This document shows positions 38,401-50,039 of a stretch of 64,000 bases of DNA, one piece after another (the first letter of the stretch is position 1; each line of letters opens with the position of its first letter). The notes under the pieces were generated by a model, which made no database searches, was not told the DNA's origin, and was given only the letters and a program-made list of their open reading frames with translations. The stretch lies in assembly GCA_002269645.1 (NCBI GenBank), contig NIVC01000261.1, positions 1-64,000 on the forward strand, read 5' to 3'. Position numbers and translations under genes: made by a program. The stretch is from Macrostomum lignano. Taxonomy: Eukaryota.

Positions 38401-41400
38401 AGTGAGCGGAGTGACCAGTTGAGACCAGAGTGACTGGGTGGGTGAGCGGAGTGACTGATTGAGACCGTGACTGATTGAGACCAGAGTGACTGGGTGAGTG
38501 AGCGGAGTGACTGGGTGAGTGAGCGGAGTGACTGGGTGAGTGAGCGGAGTGACTGGGTGAGTGAGCGGAGTGACTGGGTGAGTGAGCGGAGTGACTGGGT
38601 GAGTGAGCGGAGTGACTGGGTGAGTGAGCGGAGTGACTGGGTGAGTGAGCGGAGTGACTGGGTGAGTGAGCGGAGTGACTGATTGAGACCGTGACTGATT
38701 GAGACCAGAGTGACTGGGTGAGTGAGCGGAGTGACCAGTTGGGACCAGAGTGACTGGGTGAGTGAGCGGAGTGACTGGGTGAGTGAGCGGAGTGACTGAT
38801 TGAGACCGTGACTGATTGAGACCAGAGTGACTGGGTGAGTGAGCGGAGTGACCAGTTGGGACCAGAGTGACTGGGTGAGTGAGCGGAGTGACCGATTGAG
38901 ACCAAAGTGACTATGTGAGTGACCGGAGTGACTAGTTGAGACCAGAGTGACTGGGTGAGTGACCGGGTGGCAATTTACTTACCATATTTGAGTTGTAATA
39001 TGATTAATCTACTCTCACCACTAAAATATACATAACCGAATTCCTACACTGCCTAGTCTCGATATTAAATCTGGTTCAAACATCTGATTTCATTCTTAGA
39101 ATATACTAATCTAATTGTCTGAATATCTAATCTTATTCTTGGATTGTCTATCTCTTTGAACACAGAATATTATTCTTAACTCTTCATTCTTCATTAGATA
39201 GAAACAACAAAGTTAGACAAAATCTCTGCTCACTTATTCTGATCAATCTTCTTTCTCTTCTCAGTCTTCTCCTCCTCGGTGAGAATGTACTCCTTCTTCA
39301 TGCCAACGTCAAAACATTTTCGCAGCCGGCATCGCTTGCAGAATCGCCTGTTTGAGACGTCAATCCGGCAGTTGCCTTCGTACGGACATTTTAGCGCCTC
39401 CTGGAGTTATAAAGCAATAACTTTAATATGTAGGATGGAATTGTATTACTACTAACAATAACATTCATGAGTAGCATTAATAACTTGCAAGCAGATAAAT
39501 ATAAATTATTACGTTAAAATCCTGAACAAGCTGATTAGCAGATAGAATGGTAGATAGAGATTAGCAGATAGAATGGTAGATAGAGATTGGCAGATAGAAT
39601 GGTTGATAAAGATTAGCAGATAGAATGGTAGATAGAGATTGGCAGATAGAATGGTTGATAAAGATTAGCAGATAGAATGGTAGATAGAGATTGGCAGATA
39701 GAATGGTTGATAAAGATTAGCAGATAGAATGGTTGATAAAGATTAGCAGATAGAATGGTTGATAAAGATTAGCAGATAGAATGGTTGATAAAGATTAGCA
39801 GATAGAATGGTATATCTAGAGATTGGCAGATGGAATGGTATATAGAATTTGGCAGATGGAATGGTAGATAGAGATTGGTAGATAGAATGGAAGATAGAGA
39901 TTGGCAGATAGTAGAAATGTAGATCTATAGGCAGACAGATCAGCAGGTAAACAACTCACCACTCCTTTAGCGGCATTCCGCCTGAAGAAGGCTTTGCAGG
40001 ACTCGCAGCTGACTGCGTCAAAATTGAAGCCCAGAGCTTTGTCGCCGCACACGCCGCAGAACTTGTCCTCGCGCTGCTTGGCGCGCCTGGCGCCGCCTGA
40101 GACAGACGCGGCGCTAGAGGCGCTAGCGGAGGCGCCGGCGCCACCCCCGGTGGCGTCGCTTGAGACGGCGGATGCGACAGACGGAGGCGGAGGAGAGTAG
40201 CAACTGGAAGCTGCTTGATGAGGCATGGGCTGGCCTGGGAGATCCACAGGCATGTACAGCGGCGGCTGATCTCCGAACGACATGGCCTGATAAATCATTT
40301 AAAGTCGTGTACAGTGAAATATCACACACAGAATGACCGGAAGTACAGTGAATTATCACACACTGAATGACCGGAAGTACAGTGAATTATCAGCACACAG
40401 AATGACCGGAAGTACAGTGAATTATCAGCACACTGAATGACCGGAAGTACAGTGAATTATCAGCACACTGAATGACCGGAAGTACAGTGAATTATCACAC
40501 ACTGAATGACCGGAAGTACAGTGAATTATCAGCACACTGAATGACCGGAAGTACAGTGAATTATCACACACTGAATGACCGGAAGTACAGTGAATTATCA
40601 CACACTGAATGACCGGAAGTACAGTGAATTATCACACACTGAATGACCGGAAGTACAGTGAATTATCAGCACACAGAATGACCGGAAGTACAGTGAATTA
40701 TCAGCACACTGAATGACCGGAAGTACAGTGAATTATCAGCACACTGAATGACCGGAAGTACAGTGAATTATCAGCACACAGAATGACCGGAAGTACAGTG
40801 AATTATCAGCACACTGAATGACCGGAAGTACAGTGAATTATCAGCACACCGAATTACCGGAAGTACAGTGAATTATCACACACTGAATGACCGGAAGTAC
40901 AGTGAATTATCAGCACACAGAATGACCGGAAGTACAGTGAATTATCAGCACACTGAATGACCGGAAGTACAGTGAATTATCAGCACACAGAATGACCGGA
41001 AGTACAGTGAATTATCAGCACACAGAATGACCGGAAGTACAGTGAATTATCAGCACACAGAATGACCGGAAGTACAGTGAATTATCAGCACACTGAATGA
41101 CCGGAAGTACAGTGATTTATCAGCACACTGAATGACCGGAAGTACAGTGAATTATCAGCACACTGAATTACCGGAAATACAGTGAATTATCAGCACACTG
41201 AATTACCGGAAATACAGTGAATTATCACACACTGAATGACCGGAAGTACAGTGAATTATCAGCACACTGAATTACCGGAAATACAGTGAATTATCACACA
41301 CTGAATGACCGGAAGTACAGTGAATTATCACACACTGAATGACCGGAAGTACAGTGAATTATCAGCACACTGAATGACCGGAAGTACAGTGAATTATCAC

Positions 41401-42224
41401 ACACTGAATGACCGGAAGTACAGTGAATTATCACACACTGAATGACCGGAAGTACAGTGAATTATCAGCACACTGAATTACCGGAAATACAGTGAATTAT
41501 CACACACTGAATGACCGGAAGTACAGTGAATTATCAGCACACTGAATTACCGGAAATACAGTGAATTATCACACACTGAATGACCGGAAGTACAGTGAAT
41601 TATCACACACTGAATGACCGGAAGTACAGTGAATTATCAGCACACTGAATGACCGGAAGTACAGTGAATTATCACACACTGAATGACCGGAAGTACAGTG
41701 AATTATCACACACTGAATTACCGGAAATACAGTGAATTATCACACACTGAATGACCGGAAGTACAGTGAATTATCACACACTGAATGACCGGAAGTACAG
41801 TGAATTATCACACACTGAATGACCGGAAGTACAGTGAATTATCACACACTGAATGACCGGAAGTACAGTGAATTATCACACACTGAATGACCGGAAGTAC
41901 AGTGAATTATCAGCACACTGAATGGCCGGAAGTATTCACCTGAAAAGCCTCAACATCGGAAGTTGGCAAGGCAAACGAAGCACCAGATGATTGGTCCTGT
42001 GCCACCGGATGCTGCTGATGCAGCGGCTGCTGGGGCATCATGCTACTAGAGGGGCCGCCATAATTCTGGCTGGGCATGGGGCTGTAGGAGCTGGCAGACA
42101 GGGGACTCAGGGTGACGCCACACAGGCTAAATGATGCGTCGCTAGCCGAGTCATCCAAAGGAACAAATTGTTCCACTTTTGGTGCCTGCTGCCTTTGCTG
42201 TTGCTGCTGATTGTAGAGATCCAT
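35480..42224 (-). CDS. Nuclear receptor of the NR1I/J group (HR96/DAF-12/VDR-like), ~537 aa
   Basis: Exons (minus) are 42224-41940, 40286-39960, 39400-39234, 37877-37304 and 35740-35480, with consistent phases (0,0,2,0) and 1614 nt in total. The C4 zinc fingers read CGVCGDKALGFNFDAVSCESCKAFFRRNA and CPYEGNCRIDVSNRRFCKRCRLRKCFDVGM. The ESCKA P-box is typical of HR96/DAF-12. The LBD has the signature F..LSQPDK.CLLKGG and an AF-2-like PLMSEFL. Confidence 0.92.
35770..36340. repeat. 37-bp minisatellite in NR intron 4
   Basis: The unit is AGATCAAAGAGATTCAGGGGGTATTGATGTGTCGGTG. Confidence 0.93.
36810..37255. repeat. Degenerate ~26-bp repeat (TTAGAATGGCGCCAAATAGACATTTC) in NR intron 4
   Basis: GAATGGCGC and ATTTCTTAG motifs recur. 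Confidence 0.8.
37890..38965. repeat. Compound GAGTGA-based minisatellite in NR intron 3
   Basis: Units are built from GAGACCAGAGTGACTGGGTGAGTGAGCGGAGTGACC and 21-bp subunits. Confidence 0.93.
39533..39930. repeat. 26-bp minisatellite (GATTAGCAGATAGAATGGTAGATAGA) in NR intron 2
   Basis: A period of 26 was read directly. Confidence 0.92.
40315..41932. repeat. 33/35-bp minisatellite (ACAGTGAATTATCA[GC]CACACTGAATGACCGGAAGT), ~47 copies, filling NR intron 1
   Basis: Direct reading. Confidence 0.96.
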
Positions 42225-42391
42225 GTTTCTAGGGGAACTATCTTTTGTCTATATTGTTTGATCGTTGCAAGACCACGCCGTGGTATTTGACTGATGGTTC
42301 AGAATCAGGCACTGATTGGGGTTGACCGCTTTTGCTGTCCGGTCTGAAAGCAAGTCAGGATTTTTCATGGGACAGTCACAGTATCCAACGT

Positions 42392-43335
42392 CTCACTGAC
42401 CAAGCGCGACCGCCTCACTGACCGACCGCGACCGCCTCACTGACCCACCGTGACCGCCTCACTGACCCACCGCGACCGCCTCACTGACCCACCGTGACCG
42501 CCTCACTGACCCACAGTGACCGCCTCACTGACCCACCGTGAACGCCTCACTGACCCACCGTGACCGCCTCACTGACCCACCGTGACCGCCTCACTGACCC
42601 ACCGTGACCGCCTCACTGACCCACAGTGACCGCCTCACTGACCCACAGTGACCGCCTCACTGACCCACGCCAAATTCCTGCTCTGACTCACACTAAACTA
42701 CCCATCTAACACACACTAAACTACCTATCTGACACACACTAAACTACCCATCTGACACACTAAACTACCCATCTGACTCACACTAAACTACCCATCTGAA
42801 TTACACTAAACTACCCATCTGACACACACTAAACTATCCATCTGACACACACTAAACTACCCATCTTACACACACTAAACTACCCATCTGACACACACTA
42901 AACTACTCATCTGACACACATTAAACTACCCATCTGACACACACTAAACTGCCCATCTGTCACACACTAAAATACCCATCTGACACACATTAAACTACCC
43001 ATCTGACACACACTAAACTATCCATCTGACACACTAAACTACCCATCTTACACACACTAAACGACTTATCTGACACACACTAAACTACCCATCTGACACA
43101 CACTAAACTACTCATCTGACACACATTAAACTACCCATCTGACACACACTAAACTGCCGATCTGACACACACTAAAATACCCATCTGACACACATTAAAC
43201 TACCCATCTGACACACATTAAACTACCTATCTGACACACACTAAACTATCCATCTGACACACTAAACTACCCATCTTACACACACTAAACGACTCATCTG
43301 ACACACACTAAACTACCGCACTAATATACACTAAA
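42392..43335. repeat. Two adjacent minisatellites upstream of the NR: 22-bp (CGCCTCACTGACCCACCGTGAC, ~42392-42668) and ~23-bp (CACACACTAAACTACCCATCTGA, ~42685-43335)
   Basis: Direct reading. Confidence 0.92.
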
Positions 43336-44779
43336 CTCTTACTCTGATCCAGTATGCGCGACTTACGATTACCCTCAACATTCGTGAAACTTATTAAAAA
43401 TAAAGTGCATAACTATATCGCTTTTTATCCAGTTACTATCACAATAACAACGCGTAAAAATTAGGCAAAAAATAATCTATCTTGAGATATTGACATAACT
43501 TTAAACTTTCCTAGAAATAAACTGAAATCTTTTTGCGCCCAGGAAAGTCTAGGAAAGCCAAAGTAAAAATACTGCAATGACAGCCTGTCAGTGACTCATT
43601 TGAAATTCTCAACTTTGAGTAGCTTAGTCCGACAAGCTAAGGCCAGAAGCACACAATACGTACATAAGAAAAGGCAATAAGTTGAGTCGATTTCTTGAAG
43701 CAGTCTGTTGACACTAGAGACACTATTAGTATTGATGTCCATTGTGCGTGTGACTTAATACACTAATATTAGATACATATATCAAGTAGGCTAAAATATC
43801 GATCCCTACAGAGACCACATACGGCTTTTACGCTTGTAAAACAACACACTTACTTAGTCAAACAGAACAGAGATGAGAGAAAACACAATAGAAAAGAGTT
43901 GTTTCGCCTCGAGAGGCATTAATCAATACATTCTTTTCATTGACAAAAAATTGTTTAAAATATGTAATTGGTATTCTTGAGAATACTTGTGATTGCAGAA
44001 AAATATTGTGGGGAGAGGGGTTAGTCGGTGCAATGCTATTGTAGCTCTTATCTAGTCATTTTCTTGATTAAAAATATTGAATATTTCTGTTCTAGCTAGC
44101 AGAAATATAATCAATACTTACACAACACAGACGATGCTATGCTCACTGTGCGATTAATTCCGAATTTTTTTGCAACTCAGTAAAACCAGTTAGCTAGAAG
44201 AGTTTAGTCAGCGGCGCAATTGAAATTAAAAAATCATACGATCCAGAACTTACGCGTTAAGTATCTATCTAGCGGGAAATTCCTGTCCCTTGGCCTCAAC
44301 CAATAGAATTCCCTGTTCAAATATGGGAGGGCTGGCATCTGTAGCAAATGTTCGTCAGTTCATGGACCTCTTAAACATAGAATCTAGACAGGATGGAATT
44401 TATTTTAAAGCTTTATTTCAACACAACGTTTGTGACACAGTCAGTTATTGACAGTTTTTGCAAACAGAAATAAATGACTGAGCTCATTACCAAATGCATC
44501 AGTGAGACAGTAGTCCTCATGGTAGGAGAGGTTTGGGATGAGGGTTGTGAAGCCATTGACAATATAAATTATTAATCCATATACTAAAAATGAATTTCTT
44601 GTTTGTACCCAAATCGATTATCTCCCAAAATGCAGGGCCCCCAACAATAGGGGGTTAGTAAACCGGACTGACTGGGTTGATGACTATGACAATGGTGGGA
44701 GAGCTACACTAGACAGGTAGCTGGGCAGGTGGGCTGGGTGCAATGGCATGACTTTATAACAGTATAAGTTGGTATAGCT

Positions 44780-47191
44780 CAGGGATGGGCAAACTCCGGC
44801 TGGAAAAGCCTCTCTATCTGGCTATCGGGTCTTTTGAAACTTCACAATAGCAATCCGGCCCGCTCAAGGTTTTTGTCTCCTCTCAGCACCCTTCTCTCTA
44901 AACTCCTCTCGTTTTGTCTCCTCTCTATCCCCTCGCCTCTCCTTTCTCCCAACTCTCCTCTCTATCCCCTCGCCTCTCCTTTCTCCCAACTCTCCTCTCT
45001 ATCCCCTCGCCTCTCCTTTCTCCCAACTCTCCTCTCTATCCCCTCGCCTCTCCTTTCTCCCAACTCTCCTCTCTATCCCCTCGCCTCTCCTTTCTCCCAA
45101 CTCTCTTCTCTATCCCCTCGCCTCTCCTTTCTCCCAACTCTCCTCTCTATCCCCTCGCCTCTCCTTTCTCCCAACTCTCCTCTCTATCCCCTCGCCTCTC
45201 CTTTCTCCCAACTCTCCTCTCTATCCCCTCGCCTCTCCTTTCTCCCAACTCTCTTCTCTATTCCCTTGCCTCTCCTTTCTCCCAACTCTCCTCTCTATCC
45301 CCTCGCCTCTCCTTTCTCCCAACTCTCCTCTCTATCCCCTCGCCTCTCCTTTCTCCCAACTCTCCTCTCTATCCCCTCGCCTCTCCTTTCTCCCAACTCT
45401 CCTCTCTATCCCCTCGCCTCTCCTTTCTCCCAACTCTCCTCTCTATCCCCTCGCCTCTCCTTTCTCCCAACTCTCCTCTCTATCCCTCGCCTCTCCTTTC
45501 TCCCAACTCTCCTCTCTATCCCCTCGCCTCTCCTTTCTCCCAACTCTCCTCTCTATCCCTCGCCTCTCCTTTCTCCCAACTCTCCTCTCTATCCCCTCGC
45601 CTCTCCTTTCTCCCAACTCTCCTCTCTATCCCCTCGCCTCTCCTTTCTCCCAACTCTCCTCTCTATCCCCTCGCCTCTCCTTTCTCCCAACTCTCCTCTC
45701 TATCCCCTCGCCTCTCCTTTCTCCCAACTCTCCTCTCTATCCCCTCGCCTCTCCTTTCTCCCAACTCTCCTCTCTATCCCCTCGCCTCTCCTTTCTCCCA
45801 ACTCTCCTCTCTATCCCCTCGCCTCTCCTTTCTCCCAACTCTCCTCTCTATCCCCTCGCCTCTCCTTTCTCCCAACTCTCCTCTCTATCCCCTCGCCTCT
45901 CCTTTCTCCCAACTCTCCTCTCTATCCCCTCGCCTCTCCTTTCTCCCAACTCTCCTCTCTATCCCCTCGCCTCTCCTTTCTCCCAACTCTCCTCTCTATC
46001 CCCTCGCCTCTCCTTTCTCCCAACTCTCCTCTCTATCCCTCGCCTCTCCTTTCTCCCAACTCTCCTCTCTATCCCCTCGCCTCTCCTTTCTCCCAACTCT
46101 CCTCTCTATCCCCTCGCCTCTCCTTTCTCCCAACTCTCCTCTCTATCCCCTCGCCTCTCCTTTCTCCCAACTCTCCTCTCTATCCCCTCGCCTCTCCTTT
46201 CTCCCAACTCTCCTCTCTATCCCCTCGCCTCTCCTTTCTCCCAACTCTCCTCTCTATCCCCTCGCCTCTCCTTTCTCCCAACTCTCCTCTCTATCCCCTC
46301 GCCTCTCCTTTCTCCCAACTCTCCTCTCTATCCCCTCGCCTCTCCTTTCTCCCAACTCTCCTCTCTATCCCCTCGCCTCTCCTTTCTCCCAACTCTCCTC
46401 TCTATCCCCTCGCCTCTCCTTTCTCCCAACTCTCCTCTCTATCCCCTCGCCTCTCCTTTCTCCCAACTCTCCTCTCTATCCCCTCGCCTCTCCTTTCTCC
46501 CAACTCTCCTCTCTATCCCCTCGCCTCTCCTTTCTCCCAACTCTCCTCTCTATCCCCTCGCCTCTCCTTTCTCCCAACTCTCCTCTCTATCCCCTCGCCT
46601 CTCCTTTCTCCCAACTCTCCTCTCTATCCCCTCGCCTCTCCTTTCTCCCAACTCTCCTCTCTATCCCCTCGCCTCTCCTTTCTCCCAACTCTCCTCTCTA
46701 TCCCCTCGCCTCTCCTTTCTCCCAACTCTCCTCTCTATCCCTCGCCTCTCCTTTCTCCCAACTCTCCTCTCTATCCCCTCGCCTCTCCTTTCTCCCAACT
46801 CTCCTCTCTATCCCCTCGCCTCTCCTTTCTCCCAACTCTCCTCTCTATCCCTCGCCTCTCCTTTCTCCCAACTCTCCTCTCTATCCCCTCGCCTCTCCTT
46901 TCTCCCAACTCTCCTCTCTATCCCCTCGCCTCTCCTTTCTCCCAACTCTCCTCTCTATCCCTCGCCTCTCCTTTCTCCCAACTCTCCTCTCTATCCCCTC
47001 GCCTCTCCTTTCTCCCAACTCTCCTCTCTATCCCCTCGCCTCTCCTTTCTCCCAACTCTCCTCTATCTCGCCTCTCCTTTCTCCCAACTCTCCTCGCCTC
47101 TCCTTTCTCCCAACTCTCTTCTCTATTCCCTTGCCTCTATCCCCGGCTCTGGACCGCAGTCATGCGCTAGGTTACGTTGTCCTAACCCCTG
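44780..47191 (-). mobile_element. Reverse-oriented copy of the Charlie-like non-autonomous hAT whose interior is a 37-bp pyrimidine satellite (~44880-47140, ~60 copies)
   Basis: The ends CAGGGATGGGCAAACTCCGGC (44780) and CTGGACCGCAGTCATGCGCTAGG..CCCCTG (47191) match the reverse complement of the ends of the 11687-12346 element. The unit is CCTCGCCTCTCCTTTCTCCCAACTCTCCTCTCTATCC. Confidence 0.65.
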
Positions 47192-47344
47192 GGGGGGGGT
47201 TGAGTTTCAATATAAGGGGAAACGTGGCTATTTTAATGTACTCTCTGACGATTTGTTCTCAAAAACGAATTTTACTGCTTAAAACCTTAGATTTATCCAA
47301 ATCAATTTATTTCCTAATTCTTCCCTATCTCAATCAAGCTCATT

Positions 47345-47730
47345 CTTAATATCATTCCCCATCCCTATCAATTTCAGTTCCCATCCCAATCAATCCCATT
47401 CCCCATCTCAATCAATCTTATTTCCCGTCCCAATCAATCTCATTCACAATCTCAATCGATTTCATTCCTCATCTCATTTCCCATCCCAATAAATCTCATC
47501 CCCCATCCCAATCAATCTCATTTCCCCATCCCAATCAATCTCATTTCCCCATTTCAATCAATCTCATTCCCCATCTCAATCAATCTCATTCCCCATCTCA
47601 GTCAATCTCATTCCCTATCTCAATCAATGTCATTCCCCATCTCAATTTATTTTATTCCCCATCTCAATCAGTTTCATTCCCCATTGCAATCAATATTATT
47701 CCCTATATTAATCAATCTCATTCCCCATCT
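47345..47730. repeat. Degenerate ~22-bp repeat (TCAATCAATCTCATTCCCCATC)
   Basis: Direct reading. Confidence 0.85.
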
Positions 47731-48799
47731 GTGAACCCCTATACAATTAAATGGACATAGGATAGATCAGTTTACACTGGGATAGAATATAAGTAAAATG
47801 GCCCATTTTGCATCAAAATTTGTGGGAATTCTCCTTCCGTTTCCACTCTTATCTCTTCATATATATAGGACTCCATGAATATATAGACTAAGACTAGTAT
47901 AATAACAGCATACGACACAAAATTTATTGTACCCTCTTTAGAGTGCCAGCGTACTTAAACTCCCTATTTCTACGTCATGCAAGTTCTATATATTATCTAG
48001 GGATCCGAGGGGAAGAGGACCAAGGTTTAGATGTGTTGATAAAAATAGAAAAAGGGACGCTTGAAACTCTTCAAGCCCGGCCAGAGTTTTAGAATTCGCG
48101 TATGGGTAAGAAAACAACAAATTGCTCTTTATACTAAAAGAAACTGAAAGAAGTAAAAAATACTAAATTTCACTTTACTACTACATCTAGTTTGTTGTTA
48201 TTAGACTAGACTCTAATGGCTGCGGGAACAGAAGATAAAAGAGAACTAGACACTAAGTAAATACTTTAGTATGCATATATAGGACTAGTCTAGACACATG
48301 CAGATAAATACGCAGCCCTCAACTGCCACTCCTACCAACCCACCCACCCCCTCTTGTGGTTCCCACATAGTTGAAGCAATGGCGCCCGAGCTTCTAAGCT
48401 TTGGCCACAGCAGCAGACGACCTCAAATGTCGCTCACTCACGCAGCAGTCAATTAGTATTGCAGCAAGTAGCAACCATTCATTCTTATTGGCTAGACAAG
48501 TAAGATAATACGCATCTCAATGACTCTAAATCTCACTCAATACCTCAATCAGCTTTTCTCTACTACTAATAGGGATCTCTCTCTTACCAGATCCTCAATA
48601 TTCTTTTAGATCCTTAATCGCATATTTTAAGCTCCCAAAACTCCCAGATCCCTTATCCAAATATCCTTGAAGATCTTGAATCTTCATTACAGTTACTAAC
48701 CTCACTCTTGGATCCCTAATTGCATTCTTAGTTTGCTGTTCCCACTTTTAGATCAATAATTGCACTCTTAGGTCCTTAATCTTACTCTCAGATTCACAG

Positions 48800-49570
48800 G
48801 GAAGTGAGGAGAGAGAAGATAGAGAGAAGAGGGTAGCGAGGTGCGAGGAGAGGAGAGAGAAGAGGGGAAGGGGGGAGAGAAGAGAAGAGAGAAGAGGGGG
48901 GCGTAAGGAGAGAGAGGAGAAAGAAGGAAAGAGAGGAGAGGAGAGAGGGAGAAGAGGGAAGAGCGAAGCGAGAGGAGAGAGCAGAAGAGGGGAGAGAAAA
49001 GCGAGTGGAGCGGGGAGAAAGATAAGAGGGGAGAAAGAAGCGAGAGGAGAGGAGAGAGGAGGGGAGACAGGAGAGGGAAAGAGGAAAGAAGAGGGGAGGG
49101 AGAGAGATAAGAGGCGAGAGGGAACATACATGCGCAAACCCCCTAGTTTACAAATGCCGTGCGACTTTTTTGATAAAAATGCGACTTACCTGTGGAAAAA
49201 AACCTAAGCAAAAATTAACGTAATTTTTAGGTAAACGGCAGGAGTAACTATGACTATTATTAGAGCTAAATGCCCCATCATCTAATTAGTGTACGTTTGT
49301 ATTTTTCAGATGGGCATTTTTGCGATGTATGAGAAATGAGAGATGACAGAGCAGAGATGAGAGTAGAGAGAAGAGAGGAAGGATGAGAGAGCAGACGAGA
49401 GAGAAGAGAGTAGACAGAAGAGAGGAGAGAAGAGGAAGAGAGAAGAAGAAGGAAAGAGATGATAGATGAGAGATAAGGGAGGAGAGAAGAGGCCAGATTT
49501 TGCCAATGCATGCTTTAGAGATGTTGCCTGTGATTCTATGCGACCCTAACGAACAAGATCAATGCTTGCC
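48800..49570 (+). repeat. Two GA-rich tracts; the second ends in a decayed copy of the right end and flank seen at 12320-12410
   Basis: GGCCAGATTTTGCCAATGCATGCTTTAGAGA...AAGATCAATGCTT aligns with GACCGGAGTTTACCAATGCCTGCTTTAGACAG...GAGATCAATGCTT. Confidence 0.7.
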
Positions 49571-49801
49571 TTAGAGGTTGGATGATATCACATTTTCGAG
49601 ATTAAGCCTAATTTGCATCTAGTAGGCCTATTTACACTATTCTATCCATCCATGTTGATATTGTTACTTGTTAAAAATATACACAATCATGATAATAGAA
49701 AGAAAAGCAATGATTATTTAATATTGAACCTGTTAATAACTTGATATATATCAAATATAAGTATGATATTGAATAACATAAACAAGCTTTTATTTTTTTG
49801 C

Positions 49802-50039
49802 AATATTATTTTCAAGTTTGAATTGGTGCAACAACATATTGCCTCTGAACACTAGATACAGCAGTTTATAGATAAGTAAATGGAGCAATAGCTAAAGTGG
49901 TAGATAGAGCAATAGATAGGGCTAGAGAGCTAGAGACTGGAGCATTTTCTGATACTATTTTCTATGCCTTTTGGTTATAGACATCATTTTCTACCATGGC
50001 ACTATATTGCAGCACCAATTCAAACTTGAAAATAATATT
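49802..50039. mobile_element. MITE-like element with 28-bp perfect inverted repeats
   Basis: AATATTATTTTCAAGTTTGAATTGGTGC pairs with GCACCAATTCAAACTTGAAAATAATATT. Confidence 0.65.

Noticed and set aside
40315-41932. CRISPR-like regular 33-37-bp repeats (also 35770-36340, 6966-7700)
   Set aside because: The units are head-to-tail with no unique spacers, there are no cas genes, and the context is eukaryotic introns.
44834-47349. 778-aa and 811-aa Ser/Pro/Leu ORFs
   Set aside because: They are translations of a stop-free 37-bp pyrimidine satellite (37-aa period = 3 units). There is no start context or domain.
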